Positions 28,401 through 42,700 of a DNA stretch of 64,000 nucleotides are shown here, in pieces. The notes under the pieces were generated by a model. It saw nothing but the letters and a program-made list of their open reading frames with translations, searched no databases and was not told where the DNA came from. The stretch covers positions 124,001-188,000 of the forward strand of contig JAAOMT010000400.1 in NCBI GenBank assembly GCA_016748015.1, given 5' to 3'. The position numbers were made by a program, and so were the translations under genes. Origin of the DNA: Geosiphon pyriformis uo1. Lineage: Eukaryota; Fungi; Glomeromycota. Each line of letters begins with the position of its first letter. Position 1 is the stretch's first letter.

Positions 28401-31400
28401 TCTTCAAAGTTTTTCAAATTGAAGCTGCTAGTTACAAAAATTGTCAAAGCTTGAGTTTCTGAAGATCTCCTGGATTTTGATTATTTCATCAGAGTCTGGT
28501 TAAAAATTGATGAAATGGAAGCTTTTAAGACTGCTAACATGGTTCTGGTTGGTGTGAGTTCGATGAAGGTTGTTAAACATTTGTTTATGGTAAAGAAGAA
28601 ATATTGGAAGTCTAAGTACTTTAAGTTGAAGACATCTGAGGATACAGCCATTAGGAAAGCAATTAACCAACACATGGACAATTTCTGTTCTGACAAAAGA
28701 CTTATGATTAAGAGCATTCTTGATCATCTATTTCACAAGGTTGTTTTGGATTACTTGGTTGATAATAAGTTGGTGGTTGAACCTGATGAGATAAAGCTTA
28801 AAGTAGATGAAATTATGGAGGAATGGACAAGAAAGTGGACAGTTCTCCCAAGGATATCCATTTTTTGGTCCCATTAATATATGCCTTTGGACCATATTCC
28901 TGATAATGCTTTTTCTGGTGTAATAAAGAAAATCAATATGGATGAGTTGCTTTTGTGTGTTAATAACTTGCTGAATAATAAGGCTGTTAGATTATCTGGA
29001 ATTTCTAATAAACTTTGGAGGCACTATGGAGATAAGATGTTATCTTATCTATTAAAGCTGCTGAATTTGTGTTTAACTTTGGAGGCAGTTCTGATTTTTT
29101 GAAGGAGAGCATGGGTTTCAATGATCCCTAAACCTTATGAATGGAACAGTATCCTAATCAATACTAGGTCTATTGCTTTAATCAAAACTGCCTGAAAAAT
29201 TTTGTTCAAGATTCTTTTTGATCAGATTTCTTTGGCATGTAACAGATTCAATGTTCTTTATGGGGACAATTTTTCAGTATTAAAGGGTATTTCTACTCAA
29301 TCTCCAATTTTTGCTGTTAGATCAGTTGTAAAAGATGCTTTGAAAAAGAATAGGGAACTTTGATTGGTTTTACAAGACATGTGCAAAGATTATGACTCTG
29401 TAAGCTGGCATTATTTGAAGACTAGTTTGCATTGTATTAAGATGTACAATCAGTTTATTGATTTTTTTGGTGGAACTCATAAGGATTGTATCAACAGAGT
29501 GATAACAGATTTTGGTCTTTCAAGTGGTTACATAGTATGTGATAGTTTAGATTAGAGTAAGATATTCTCTTTTTTCCTTTGATGGATATTCTATAATCCT
29601 CTTTTGTGTGAGATTAAGAGACACGAGCATTTGTGTGGCTACTGTATTAATTCAAAATTTGTGGCTAAAACTGGCCATGTTGAGTCTGCTGAAAGAAAGA
29701 CTTCTTTTTTGGCAGCTGGTGTCTTTGTTGATAATACAATTTGAGTTGGGAGCTGTCAGGCTTTTATACAAGCCATATTGGATATTGCTAGTGAGTTTTT
29801 TGTTGTCAATGACATTTCTATTAATAATGATAAGACAGTGACTATCTCAATCAATCAAGGTGTCAAGACTGCCTTATTTTTGATTAATGGTCTGCCAATT
29901 TCAATTGCTAAACGAGATATATCATACAGGTACTTGGGTATTTTTTTGTCTATAAAGAGTTTCTCCAAGCCCAGTTTGGCTCAGGCTTATGCAAATGTCA
30001 GGTTTTTTTCAAATGTGGTGCTTAAAAAGACTATTACAGACAAACAATTCTCTTACTTGGTTTCAGTTGTTTTTCAGTTTATAGTTAGCTATCAAATGCA
30101 GTTTAGTTATGTTTCATCAAGTGTGTATTACAAATGGGATGTTATGATTAGGAAGGGCCTCAGATCTAAGGCTGGGTTACCAAAAGATTTTCTGAATGAG
30201 GTTTTACATCATTCTTCTTTGTATAGTTTAAAACCATTTGAGCAAGTACAATTTAAGGGAAAATTGGCCTCATTAATCTCTTTTTCCAATGCCCATAATA
30301 TTTTTGGGCATTTATTTGAACATAGATTTTTGGATTTACAAGTTCTGGAGTAGTTGCCTCTGAATCTCTTACAGCATCCTGTCAGATTGAGAGTTAGTCC
30401 AGTAAATAATTTTTTAGCTGGTGTAATAAGGATTTTGTTGGAAAATGAATTATCCTTAATAAACAATTTGCCCAGTACTTTTCGTGGTTCTAGCAGGTTC
30501 CTGATGTTTGACATTCTGAGTTGTTCCTTATTTTTTGATTCTGTTCTCTCTTTAAGATGATTTGGTATTGCTTTTGGCAGTAAACTTCTGGACAAAAAAG
30601 AAAGGATGTTGAACTAGAAGACATTTTGGTGGTGGAAGAGATTGGATTTAAGGGGCCTGGTACCTTATTGGTTCATATTGGCAGCTAATTTTATGAGCAA
30701 GCATGCTTTTGAGAAAGTCGTATCTGTCAGTAATCATGTACTACCAGTGCTGAATGTCTTGGATTCTGAGGCTTTTGCTTGTGTTTGTGAGGATTTTTTG
30801 GAAGTTTGGTCAAATTGTATTGAAGTTTACACAGATAGATTCTTAAAAGGTGTTGGTTCAGCTAAGGTAACAAGTGGTACAGCTGCTTATTTCCTAGCTA
30901 CAGACATGGATATTGGGGTTAGGGTCCAGGAACTTTTATTATCCACTTTGGCTGAGTTACAAGCTATTGTTTTGGCCTTAGAGTGTGTTTCCTCTTCTTG
31001 TTCTGTGGTTCTGTATTTGGACAGCCAATTTGTAATTAATGCTTATGTGTCAGAGTCTCTGGTTATGGTGCTGGACTTCTGTAATCAATGCTGGATTGAG
31101 TGATCACATATTGTCAATTTCATTAAGAAAAAAGATGTTTTAGTTAGGTGGGTAAAGGTTAAAAGGCATTCAGGAGTTCTGGGCAATGTTAAGGCTAATA
31201 AGTTGGCTGATAAAGCCACTTTTTCTTCATTTTCTCTGTCTGTTGGAATTCAGGAACGTTTTTTGGTTGCTGAAGATACTACTGTGTCAGGCAATACTCA
31301 TTATTTTGTTTGTGATCTTTTTTAGACAGTTTGTTATGCTCATTGGAAGGCTAGTCCTGGTTATGATATTGTTCTAAGTGTCATGATTAAGGAGATAAAT

Positions 31401-33230
31401 TGGGCAGCTACTTTAAAGATTTGGCATCCTGACTCTCATATGCTCTCTGGTTTTATTAGCAAGAACTTGGCCAACATGTGCACTTATTTAATAAAAGCTA
31501 TTTATAGATGGTTGCTTGTGGCTGTCAGAAAAAAATTATATGATGTGAATTATTCTGGGGTGCTATACTTGCTGTGTGGAGAGGTGGAGGTGTCTGATCA
31601 TATTTTTGTTTGCTCTAGTAATGCTGGACTCCGTGATGACATTTTGGCTAATGTTTCTAAGAGGTGAAAGTTTTTGGTGGGTCCTTTCTGCTCGCCTATA
31701 TTGGCTATTATGTGCTTGCTTTCAGTGTGTTCTTTAAACAAGGGTCTGTTTACTGCTGTGTGCAAGGGTTTTGTATTAAAGAATTGGTATGCTGAGACTG
31801 CTTTGGCTTTTGAGAGGAAGGGAAAGACTACATTGACTGTTACTGAATTTGCTAGATTTGTGGTTAATTTGTTTCATACTAAGATATGACTTGTTAGATC
31901 CAAGCATAGGGTGGATATAGAGAGAGCTGGCTTGGTCAAGGATGGTGGCGTGATCTTGGGCTTGTCTCATTGTTTAGTGTCTAATTTGTCAGATGGGGTA
32001 GTTTATTTGCTTAATGTTGTTGAATCTTTTACTGTCAGCTTTGGTAGACACAAGCTGTGTTATTTCTTTTCTGGTTTGAGTGGTGATGTTTTTTTTCACA
32101 TGGATGTATAGTGTAGCCTTGTCTGGCCTGAATGGCTGGCCACATATAGTAAGTGTGTGAACTGCATTTAGTTTGTTCTACTTAGTTTGGTTTTATGTAT
32201 TAAATAGCAGTTGGGCTTCACTTATTAATTACATAATAAAAAAAAAAACAAAAAAAAACGTGATAACATGAAATAATACAGAATAATGTGTAATAACTTA
32301 GGATAATACAAGATAATACATAATAACATAAAATAGCACAGAATAACTAGTTATAACATAGAATAATTAATTATAATATAAAAAAATAAAGCAACAACAG
32401 AAATAACAAGCAATAATTAGTAATAACAAACAATTAAAAACAATTTTGTAAAGTTAGAAAATATGTATAAAAATAAGTAGTTTTAGCAGAAAAGAAAAAC
32501 AAACAAAAAAATAAAAACTTTTTTTCTTTAAAAATATATCTTAACTTTAAAAACTTGATGAACTCTTTTTATTTTATTTTTTCTATATTTTTATATTCAC
32601 AATTAAATAAAAATATTGTTTAATTACTTATATATGATTTCTGAATTTGAGTTGTCAAAATTAAATTAATTATGTTTTTTATTTTTGTTTTAGACCAGAT
32701 GTTCTTAGCATAAACAGCTTTAGAACTTTAATAACTTGGACCAATTACTCTTAATTATGATAATTGACAATACTAATTTTTTTTTGTTTTTTTTTGTTTT
32801 TCAATTTTTCTTTTATTTTTGTTTTTTTGATTCTTTTTTTTTTCTGATAGAATAATAATATTAAGAAAATTAACTGTCTGAAAATAGACTTTGTAATAGT
32901 CTGGTAAAAAAAAAACTTCTTTTAAGTTTAAATATTAACTCTATCTTGTTAGCTTACCAAAAAAGCAAAAAAACAATGCCAAATCTTAGTAACTATACTC
33001 AATTAATTCAAAGAAGATAGTTTACATACACCTATTTGTAAACAGTTAAACCATATTTTTGTGCTTTATAATCAAAAAACTCCATAGATAAATTTATATT
33101 AATCAAAAATTTTCAGAAACTAATAACTCTGATCTACCATCTATACAAACAAAGAAAATTTTTTAGCTTTTTTACTCAAATATAGAACACTAAATATTAT
33201 TATTATATCTTATCAAGTTTATCTATAATA
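25491..33230 (+). mobile_element. Solo LTR (family B) split by a full-length LINE; LTR parts at 25491-~25560 and ~32260-33230
   Basis: Both parts are the reverse complement of 17818-18850. TGTTAC start, ..ATAATA end, TSD TTAT at 25487-25490 and 33231-33234. Confidence 0.85.
25560..32259 (+). mobile_element. Near full-length LINE (ORF1 plus ORF2: APE, RT, RNase H, Cys/His motif), inactivated by many stops
   Basis: ORF1 has a zinc-knuckle relic CKRCGFLGYSALKC. ORF2 starts at ATG 27423 (MSELVWKFATCNIRG..TETKL..VGDNFN..LDFIF..DTDY), with RT (IPKP, FVDNT, YRYLGI), RNase H (VYTD, STLAELQAI, YLDSQ, HSGVLGN) and CGEVEVSDHIFVC. Poly-A at ~32235-32259; inserted in an A-run. Confidence 0.93.
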
Positions 33231-33853
33231 TTATAAGATAGTATTGGTTTCTATTAGATTAAGTAATCTCTAAAATGAGCATCTAAGTTTAATTTGCAAG
33301 CAAACAAACAAAAATTGTTAAAAATTCAAAATAAAAGATGTTAATAAGAGTAAGCAATTGTATTTTAAAGAGTATTTATTAGCTTAATTTTTAAAAATAA
33401 TAGTTGAATTCAATAATACAAAGAGTTGTAATATTTTGAATGCAATATGAAAAATATTGAAGAAAATAGTAGTGAATTTTACTGAAAAAATGTTCTTTAA
33501 ACATTAGTTTAATGAGATTATTTGTCTAAAAAATAAACAATCATTAAGGTTTTTTAGACTGAAACTGTTAGTAACTAAAATTACAAAGAGTCTGAATTCA
33601 AGTTGCACTTCTAAAACTGATTGCTTTATTAAAGTTTTGTCTGCCATTAATAAAGATAAAGTCTTCAAAGTTGGTATTATAATTACTAAAAATAAATAGA
33701 TAATAAATATTGTTAAGTATTTGTTAAAAATCAAAAAAAATTATTATAAATCCAATATTAAAAATATAATTAATAAACATATAAAAAATTTCTGTTCTAA
33801 TAAAAAAAGTATAATTAAAAATATCTTAGAATAATTATTTTGGAAAGTGGTAC

Positions 33854-34494
33854 TGTTACGAATTGGAGTAACAAGCTAATGGATAACAAAAAAGAACAAG
33901 ATTATAGGGTGATGAAAAGAATCAAAGAGAATTCAACTTCAAAGAATAAATTGAATAAGTATGAATTCAATGTGCAAGATCAGTCTCATAAAATATCTCA
34001 GTTGCTATTCTTTCTAAAAGATAGCAAAAAAATCTGAAAGTAGAGAAATAGTTTGTACTGTTAACAAATGATCACATACTGGTATAATTTTATGTCTTAT
34101 GTTAACACTCTTAGAATTCAATATCAAGTATCAGATGTACTTTTTAGTCATGTTTTATTCAATAATCTTCAAATGTTGCAATTATATATTTCAAGAAAAG
34201 GTAAAGAATAACCAACAAATAATCTTTTATTCCAAAATATTCAGATACTTGAAGATAGAAAAAGAGAAATTAGCAATAAAAGAATGATTAAAATGAAAAT
34301 TGTTATTTTATTTATTTATTTATTTGATTTTTATATGCTTTTTTATAGCTAAGAGATTCATTACTTATATAGCTATCAAAAATGGTCAATAATTAAGTTA
34401 ATAATCACTATTTAGAAATAGAATGGCTAATTATATAACATTAGTGGCTAATACATGTGATAATTAATAAGAAGTATAAGTTTCAACCATAACA
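33854..34494 (+). mobile_element. Solo LTR (family C, 641 bp)
   Basis: TGTTACG...CATAACA termini; TSD GTAC/ATAC (one transition); colinear with 38554-39279. Confidence 0.88.
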
Positions 34495-35796
34495 ATACTT
34501 AACTATCTAATAATAAATAGAGACTTTGTTTTAAACTTTTGTAAAATTAAGTTTGCAATCAATATAATTATAAAAAAATAGACAAAAAAATAAGTAGTGT
34601 TTAGTATGTTGTCTAATTGATAAATTTATTAATATACTCATTTAAATTATGTTAATAATAATATATTTTCAGATATAATAAATAATATCAAATTAAATAA
34701 GCTATTATAGATAATAAAAAAGCTGCTTAATAGAAAGGCTGCTAATTTATCTGGTATTTCTAATAAACTTTAAAAACATAATAATATTCAGGTTTTGGAA
34801 GATTTGTTAAACATTTTTAATTTGTGTTTAATATTAAATATAATTTTTATACAGTAAAAAAAAACATAGATTTTCATAATTTTAAAGCTGTATAATTAGA
34901 AAAAAACTTTAACTAATACCAAATCAATAGTTTTAATTAAAACAGCTCAGAAAATACTGTTTAACCTTCTATTTAATAAGATTTTTACAACTTGAAATAA
35001 ATTTGATGTTTTTTATGATAAAAATTTATTAGTTTTAAAAAGTACATTTACACAAATCCCAATTTTTGCTATTGGCTTAATAATTAAAAATACATTGAAA
35101 AAAAATAAAGAGCTGTGACTGGTTTTTTAAAATATGCAAAAAACATATAACTCTATTAAATAGTATCATTATAAAACAGTTTAATTAAAATTAAGATATG
35201 TTCTTGTTTTATTAGACTATTTAAAAGTATTTATAATAGTAAAATTAATTAGATAATAACAGATTTTGGGCTTATAAAAAAGTATGTTGTTTATGATAAT
35301 TTAGATTAGAGTAAGATTTTTTTACCACTTTTGTAAAAAAATTTTACAATTTTTTGCTTTATGAGATCAAAAAACATAAACAATTATATAATTATAGGAT
35401 GAATTCAAAGTTTTTTACAAAAATTGGCAGACAGAATCTTAAAAGTAACAAAACATTTTTTCTGGCAGTTGGTGCTTTTGTAAGTAACACAATTTGAATT
35501 AAGAATAACATGGCTACAATTCAGTATATTTTAATATTACCAGTAAATTTTTTCAGATTAATAACATTTTAATTAACACAAATAAAATAATTGCTATATT
35601 CATTAATTAGAAAGCAAAATCTTACTCTTTTTCAATAAATAACTTAAGTATTTTAATAACAAAAAAAGATAAATCTTATAAATATCTGAACATTTTTTTG
35701 TTTATAAATAGTTTATTCAAGTCAAGTCTAATTAAAACACATTTAAATATAAGATTTTTTATAAATATGGTTTTGTAGAAGACTATTTCTAACAAA

Positions 35797-38700
35797 TAAG
35801 ATTTTGATTAAACCAAACCAAATTTTCAAAGTAAGTTTAGTTTGAATTCAGCATTGAATTTTTTTGACAAGTCTGAGTTTGGTTCAATTCTGGTTTTAAG
35901 TTCACAAATTTGTTTAAGTTTGATAAAATTAAAAAAAATATAACTTATACTACTTGTTTATCAATTATTAATTTGTTTAATTACTATAATTAGTTAAAAA
36001 AATATATAAAACTATGTATATATAACAACTTTACTTTCTAACTTACCAAAATAAATTCATTGTTAATATCATCCAATATTATTAAAGATTCAAAATTCGA
36101 AATAATGGAATTTAATAACCCAAATAGTTCAAATATTAATATATTTGATAAATATAGTTTTTAGAATAAAATATGAAATTATTTTGATAAGTTTAAGTAA
36201 ATAAAAAAAAACAGCTAAATATATGGTCTTTAAAATATGTGCATAAATTATTTTTTTGTGGAACTATAAGCATTATAAATTCTTATGGTGTTATTTAGAG
36301 ACTTTCTACTAGACAGTATATGTTATAATAAAAAAATATCATAAAAAAAGGCAAAATATTTAGAAATATTGTGAATTAATTAAAAAAATGTTTTAACAGA
36401 TAAGATTGCTATTTTTTTATGATTTTTGGCCAATTTAACTAAAAAACTGCTTTAATCTTTTGTAGTAACTGCTATTGATATTAATAATAAAAAACTTTGT
36501 AATATAATTGTTATTTAGCTTATTAATCATTAGTAATTACTTTTTACAATAAAAGGCCCTAAATTAATCAAAATATTTCAATATTTAATTCTTATTTCTT
36601 AATCTGTTATGTTAATGTAATTAAAAATAAAATAAAATTTTTATATTTTAAGTAAACAAGAATTAAAAGTAAGCATTATCTTTATTATAAAATATTTTTT
36701 TCTTTTACTTATACTTATAATATAATAGGCATATTTAGATACTATTAAGTCCAAAATTTTCTTTACATTAAATCTTTAAACATCTCTTAATAACAAAGTT
36801 TTTGTTTTTGTTATTGCTTATTATATTAATAACAATTGAAATTTTCAATAAACAATAATTGATTTTGGATTAATAAGTAGATAACATAATAGAATAAACA
36901 TTGTAAATGAATTTTTTAAAGTATTAAAAAATTATAGAATTATATTAAAGATATGTATATATATTCTTGCATAAATTTGAATTAGTTAATGACCAATAAT
37001 AAAATTAACATATTATGTAGCATATTAATATTATTTAAAATTCAATGTTACTATAGTACCCATATTATTGAAAATTGTGTTTTTTCAATATTGGCTTAAA
37101 TTAGTTTTTATTGTTGTTTTACAGCTGAATTTTTGGTATTAGTATTATTTGAGACTTAAAGTTATTATAGTACTCATATTATTAAAAACCACATTTTTTT
37201 AATGTTAACTTAAGTGGTTTTTATTATTATTTTGAGCCGAATTTTCAGCCAAAAAGATTAAGAAAGAAGTTTAAAAAAGAGTTATATTCATATTCTTTTT
37301 ATAGAAGTTTACTATTAATTTTATTAGTTATAATCTAATTTTTTTTTGACAGCTTTTTGTTATTATTTTTAATAATGCCACAAATAATAGTACTTTTATA
37401 AAAAAGTTAGCAAAAAAATTAAAAGAGAAAAACATTTAATAAAACTCAGAGAATTTTTGATTTTAATGCTTTAATTATATTCTAAACTTGGTAGTACAAA
37501 TAATCTTAGATAAAATAAAGAATAATATTTCCAAAGTATTTATTAAAAACCCAAACTAAATATATTTATCTGAAATTTTCTTAATGTAAACTTTGTATAA
37601 ATTAAAGATTAGAAAACTTAACTCTGCAATCTATATTTTGCTCTAATGTTTTAAGTTTCTTAAACATCTCTGTAATATATGTCAAATTAAATATCATAAA
37701 TTTATTCTGGATTGTTCTGCTTAATAAAATTTTACTTACAACATAGTCAAAAATAAGTTATCTCTTAAATTAACAAGTTGTTTATTTCTAATTTTATATA
37801 TTTTGAATACAAAAATTTTAACTGTAAATTTATAAACATTAAATATTCTTACTAATACTTATATTAATCTTTATCAATATGCTATTTTACATAATCAGTA
37901 GACTGTTTTTGATAAGATTGTTAAATTTTTTAAACTATTTAAAAATATTATAGTTAAAATATTAGCTAGTTTAAATAATACTGTTTTTTCAATTATTTAT
38001 CTTTTTAATATTATTCTTAATTATGTTGAAAACACAGTTAATAATAATAAATCTAGTAAAGCATTATAATCTTAATTATATTTATTTAGTTATTTATTTA
38101 ACATATTTAATATTAGATTTATTACTTGTTATAATGACTAGAACAGCAAAAAAAAAGTTGGTTAAATATTACTTTAAAACAAATAAAACTGTAATGTTTT
38201 GTACTACATTAGATCCAAAAAAAAAATTCTATTATTTTACAAAAAAAAATTTTTGGATAACAATATTAATAAAATAAAAAAATTATAAGTTATTAATTTA
38301 TTTAAACAGTTTTATTTTCTAATTTTTACATAATATATAAACTTTTAAAATACACACTCTCTTTAAAATAAAGTATACATTAAATATTATATTAATATTA
38401 AATAATAGTTTTTTGTTAAATAGCAATTTTAATAATATTATATTATTAATTATATAATTTATATTAAAGACAAACTTTAATAATAATAAAGAAAAAAAAC
38501 TTGATAAAATTAATTATTATATCTCTGAAAAAATAGCCAATAAAAAAATATATTGTTATGGGTTAGAGTAACAAGCTAACAGATAGCAAGGAAGAACAGG
38601 ATTGTAGGGTAATAGAAATAATCAAAGGGAATTCAACTTCAAAGAGCAAATTGAATAAGTATAGATTTAATGTGCGAGATCAGTCTTATAAAATATCTCA

Positions 38701-39793
38701 GTTGCTATACTTTTCAAAAATAACCAGAGAATCTGAAGATAGAGGAATAGTCTGTACTGTCAACAATAATTATGCCTAGTATAATTCTATGCCTCACATC
38801 AGCACTCTTAGAATTCAATATCAGGTATCAGATGTGTTCTTCAGTCATGTTTTATTCAATAATCTTCAAATGCTGCAATTACACATTTCAGGAAAAGGGT
38901 AGGTAAATGCCAACAAGTAGTCTTTTATCTTTAAAATGTTCAGATACTTGAAGGTAGAGAAAGAGAAATTAGTGATAAGAGAAAAATTGAGATGAAGTTG
39001 TTATTTTATTTCTTTATTTCTTTAATTCTTGTATGCTTTTCTACAGCTAAGAGATTTATTACTTATATAGTTGTCAAAAGTGATCAATGATCAGGTCAAT
39101 AACTAGGTCAATAATCAAGTCAATGGTCAGGTTACTGATCAGGTCATTGATCAGATCAATAATCAGGTCAATGATCAGATCAATGGTTAGATCATTGATC
39201 AGGTCAATGATCACTATCTAAAAATAAAATGGCTAATACATGTGATAATTAATAAGAAGTATAAGTTTCAATCATAACAATATGTAATAACATAGTGGAA
39301 AACATATTACAAAAAAATTTATCTAAATTAATATTTTATTAATAATTTGATATTTAGACATATTAAACACAATTTTCTTGTTTTGTATATATGGTTTGTA
39401 ATTATTTAACAATCCAAAAATTATTTGTTGTTTCTAAATACACTTTTTCTGCAAGTAGAAATATAATTACAGATATAAGATCTTGCTTAATGCTTAAAAC
39501 TATAAAAGCAGCACAATGTTTTTAATTATAGATACAAAGATTATTAAAAGAAAAATTAAATAATAATATAATATAATATAATATTTTTAATAATTAAATC
39601 TGAACATATTTATGAACTTTAAACTAAACTTGAACCAGATTTGTTGCATATATTCAAGTTTGGTTTAAGTTCAATAATTTTAAGTCTGGTTCAAGTTCAA
39701 ATTCGAAATTTTGCCAAATTTTCTGTTTGAATTTAATTTGATTCAGTAGTTTAATTAAACTTGAACCAAACTGGACTAAACATCAAAACTTTA
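35797..39793 (+). mobile_element. Fossil hAT DNA transposon
   Basis: Terminal inverted repeats TAAGATTTTGAT and ATCAAAACTTTA; 8-bp TSD CTAACAAA/TTAACAAG. Transposase relics: NNATNN (DNAxN), C..ILNLVVQ, LDC..(RWNS)TY, TLDP, and a dimerisation domain ..S(ER)TFSA.RN.ITD.RSCL at ~39390-39520. Confidence 0.82.
38554..39279 (+). mobile_element. Solo LTR (family C, 726 bp) inserted in the hAT
   Basis: TGTTATG...CATAACA perfect 7-bp inverted termini; TSD ATAT (38550-38553 and 39280-39283); 12-bp tandem array at ~39081-39212. Confidence 0.92.
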
Positions 39794-42700
39794 TTAACAA
39801 GCAATTTTTGTATTTGGTATCTGTGGTTTTTTAACCCATAATTAGATATAGAATGCAGTTTAACTATATTTTAGTAAATATATGTAAAAAATAAGACAAA
39901 ATATTAAAAAAGAGACTAAAATTTAAGATTAATTTGTCTAAAAACTTTCTTAATAAAACAGTCTTTTATCCTAAATTGTATAATTTAAAGGCATTTGACC
40001 AAATACAAACTGAAAATTTAATAGTTAATTTGATTGTTTTTGCCAATTTAAAAGACATTCTTAATAGTTTATTTAAATATATAATAAATTTACAAATAAT
40101 TAGCTAAATGTCTTAGTATTTTCTTTAATTTTTAGTTAAGTTATTAATAAATTTTATGAATTGTTTTCTGATAGGTATAATGTGTACTTTTATATTGTAC
40201 AACTTATTATTAAGTAACAAATTATTTAATGTTTTTTGGACTGGCAATAATATTGTTATTGTAAATGCTTTAGACTTAAAATATTATATAAATGTAATAA
40301 AATCTTTAAAAAAGTTTGGAATTATTTTTATAAATTAACTTCTGAATTATTGTAGCATATATTTTACATGGAACATGTTTTATAAGTAGAAAAAACTGAA
40401 TTTTAAAAGCCTAATTTCTGGTTAATTTGTTTTATTGACCAAGTTTATTAGAGATAATAAATTGGTTAACATTGATATTATAACTTTTTATTTTTTTTCT
40501 GCTAATTATTCTTATAACTTTGGTTTTACTAATGATTATTTGTTAAAGTTTGGGTTAAATAATATAAATATTTACATTAATAGATTTATTAAGTATTTAA
40601 AGTTAATAAATACTTGTAAAGATTCTGTTACTTACTTTTTAAATGTTAATATAAGTATTAAAGTTGGAATACTTGGTTTGTTTTCCTTAATTTTAGTAAA
40701 ATTGCAAACTATTGTTCTTGTTTTGAAATGTATACCAGTTTTTAGTTTGGTAATATTGTTTATAAACAGTTAAATTATATTAAATATATATAATTCTAAT
40801 ATAAAAAATATTGGTTCTAATTTTTGCAATAAATGCTAAATTGAAAAAAAACATATTTGTCATATTATTATAACAAAAAATTTGCCAATTACTTAAAAAA
40901 AGTTTAAGAGTTATTCTGGTATTATTAATAATAAACATGTTAACTTTTTTGCTAATACTATTATTATATCTAATTTTATACTGTCTGTTTAAATACTATG
41001 TTATTTTCTTAATATTAAAAACAAATTTGTTTTTGAAAATATTTGTCATTTTATTAAACAATTATTTAATGCTGTTAATTTTGTTAACATATAAAAATTT
41101 TTTAATATATAACATCTTAATAGTTAAGTTTATACTGGTTTTATTAGTTCTTTGTTTATAGTATTTTGGTTTTATTTTAAAAAACTTTGCATCATTATTT
41201 GCTTGTAACTAAGAAGAAAAAATTGTATAGTTTAAATTACTTTAATATAACTTATATCTAATACAAAATAGTTGAAAATTTTAATTATATGTTTTTTTGT
41301 ATATATTATATTTATGCTAAAGTAAAACTAATTTTAAACACTATTTAAGATTGAATTGAATTGTTAAATGCTTTTGTTATTAATTATAAGATAGTCTGAT
41401 TTTTATATAAAACTGAATTTTCTAATTACTTATATATATTATTGGTTAAAAGTTTTATAATAAAGAAATAAATAACTAAGATAATGTATTTGTTAAATGA
41501 TAAGTCTAATAGTGGCATGTTAATTGTTAAGTTAATGTGTAAATTTGTTAAAGATTACAAATCTGTTATATAGTTATTAACTGCTAAGCTAAAAACACAT
41601 TACAAGAAACATAATTTTTTGATACAAAACAAATTTTTAATTTTATTAATTTTTGATTTATTATTCTTATAGTCTTCTAAAATAGTTTGTAGTTTTAACA
41701 TCAAATTAAATATATATATTTGCTTTGAATTATATTTATGTTTATTTAAAATATGTTTTGATTTCTTGTAAAATTTTTTTGTATTTAGTAATTTAAGTAT
41801 AAAGTGCTATCTTAATTGATTTAAGTGGTTAATTACATATAAAAAAAGCATAAGTCATACTTAATTTAAAATTTTATATAATTGTATTTCTTTAGATAAT
41901 AGCTGGGGTGTATTTATAAAACATAAATAATCAAATTTGTTTTATTTTTTACTTTTTTAATTCTTATTATTATTAATATTTTGCTGTTATAATTTTTAAA
42001 TTTTTGAAAATTTTGAATTTTATGGTTTTAAAAACTGGTACTTTGCATAAATATTATATTAATAAGAAATTTTTAAGTATTATTACTATTATAAATATTA
42101 AGATTTAGATTATTTAATTATAAATAATAAGATATTTTCACTTTTTTTTTAAGTTTATTAATAATTTAAAATTTTTAATTTATTTTTGTTGATATAAATT
42201 TTTATTATTATTGTATTTTTAACTATTTTTGCTATTAATTTTGTAATTAATTTTAGATTAAATTTTTTAAAATTTAAAATTTCTAAATTGGTTGTATTAA
42301 TAAAGTTTGTTATTAAACCAATTAGTTTTTTGATTACTTTAATTATTTTTTTAATTATAAATAATTAATTAGATTTTAAAATTAAAGCTAAATTGGCTAA
42401 AATAAATAATTTATTTAAAATTTTTGGTTATTTTAAAACTAAAATTCATTTTAATTAAATAAATAATAATAAGATAAGTATTATTAAAACATTTTTTTTG
42501 AACAAATTTATTCTTAAATGTGTTATATTATTTTGAAGTTTAAGTTTTCTTAATAAGTTTAATAATATTTTAATATAAATTTAAGTAACTAATTATATGT
42601 AAAAAGTAAATAATTTACACTTATTGTAAAACACATATGTTTTACATTATAAGTTGTAAAAAAAACCTTACTTTGTTAAAACATTAATAAAATAATAATA

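Larger units (their letters stand above)
24530..41930 (+). mobile_element. Old, strongly AT-degenerate LINE split by three primary insertions
   Basis: Segments colinear with the younger LINE: APE start ~24820, continuing at 33231, RT 34500-35796, resuming at 39794, RNase H ~40570-40950, 3' UTR ~41810-41930. Coding relics join across each TSD. Confidence 0.8.

Noticed and set aside
33504-41161. Short I/L/K/N/F-rich ORFs in AT-rich DNA
   Set aside because: Products of eroded TE sequence or LTRs, not host genes.
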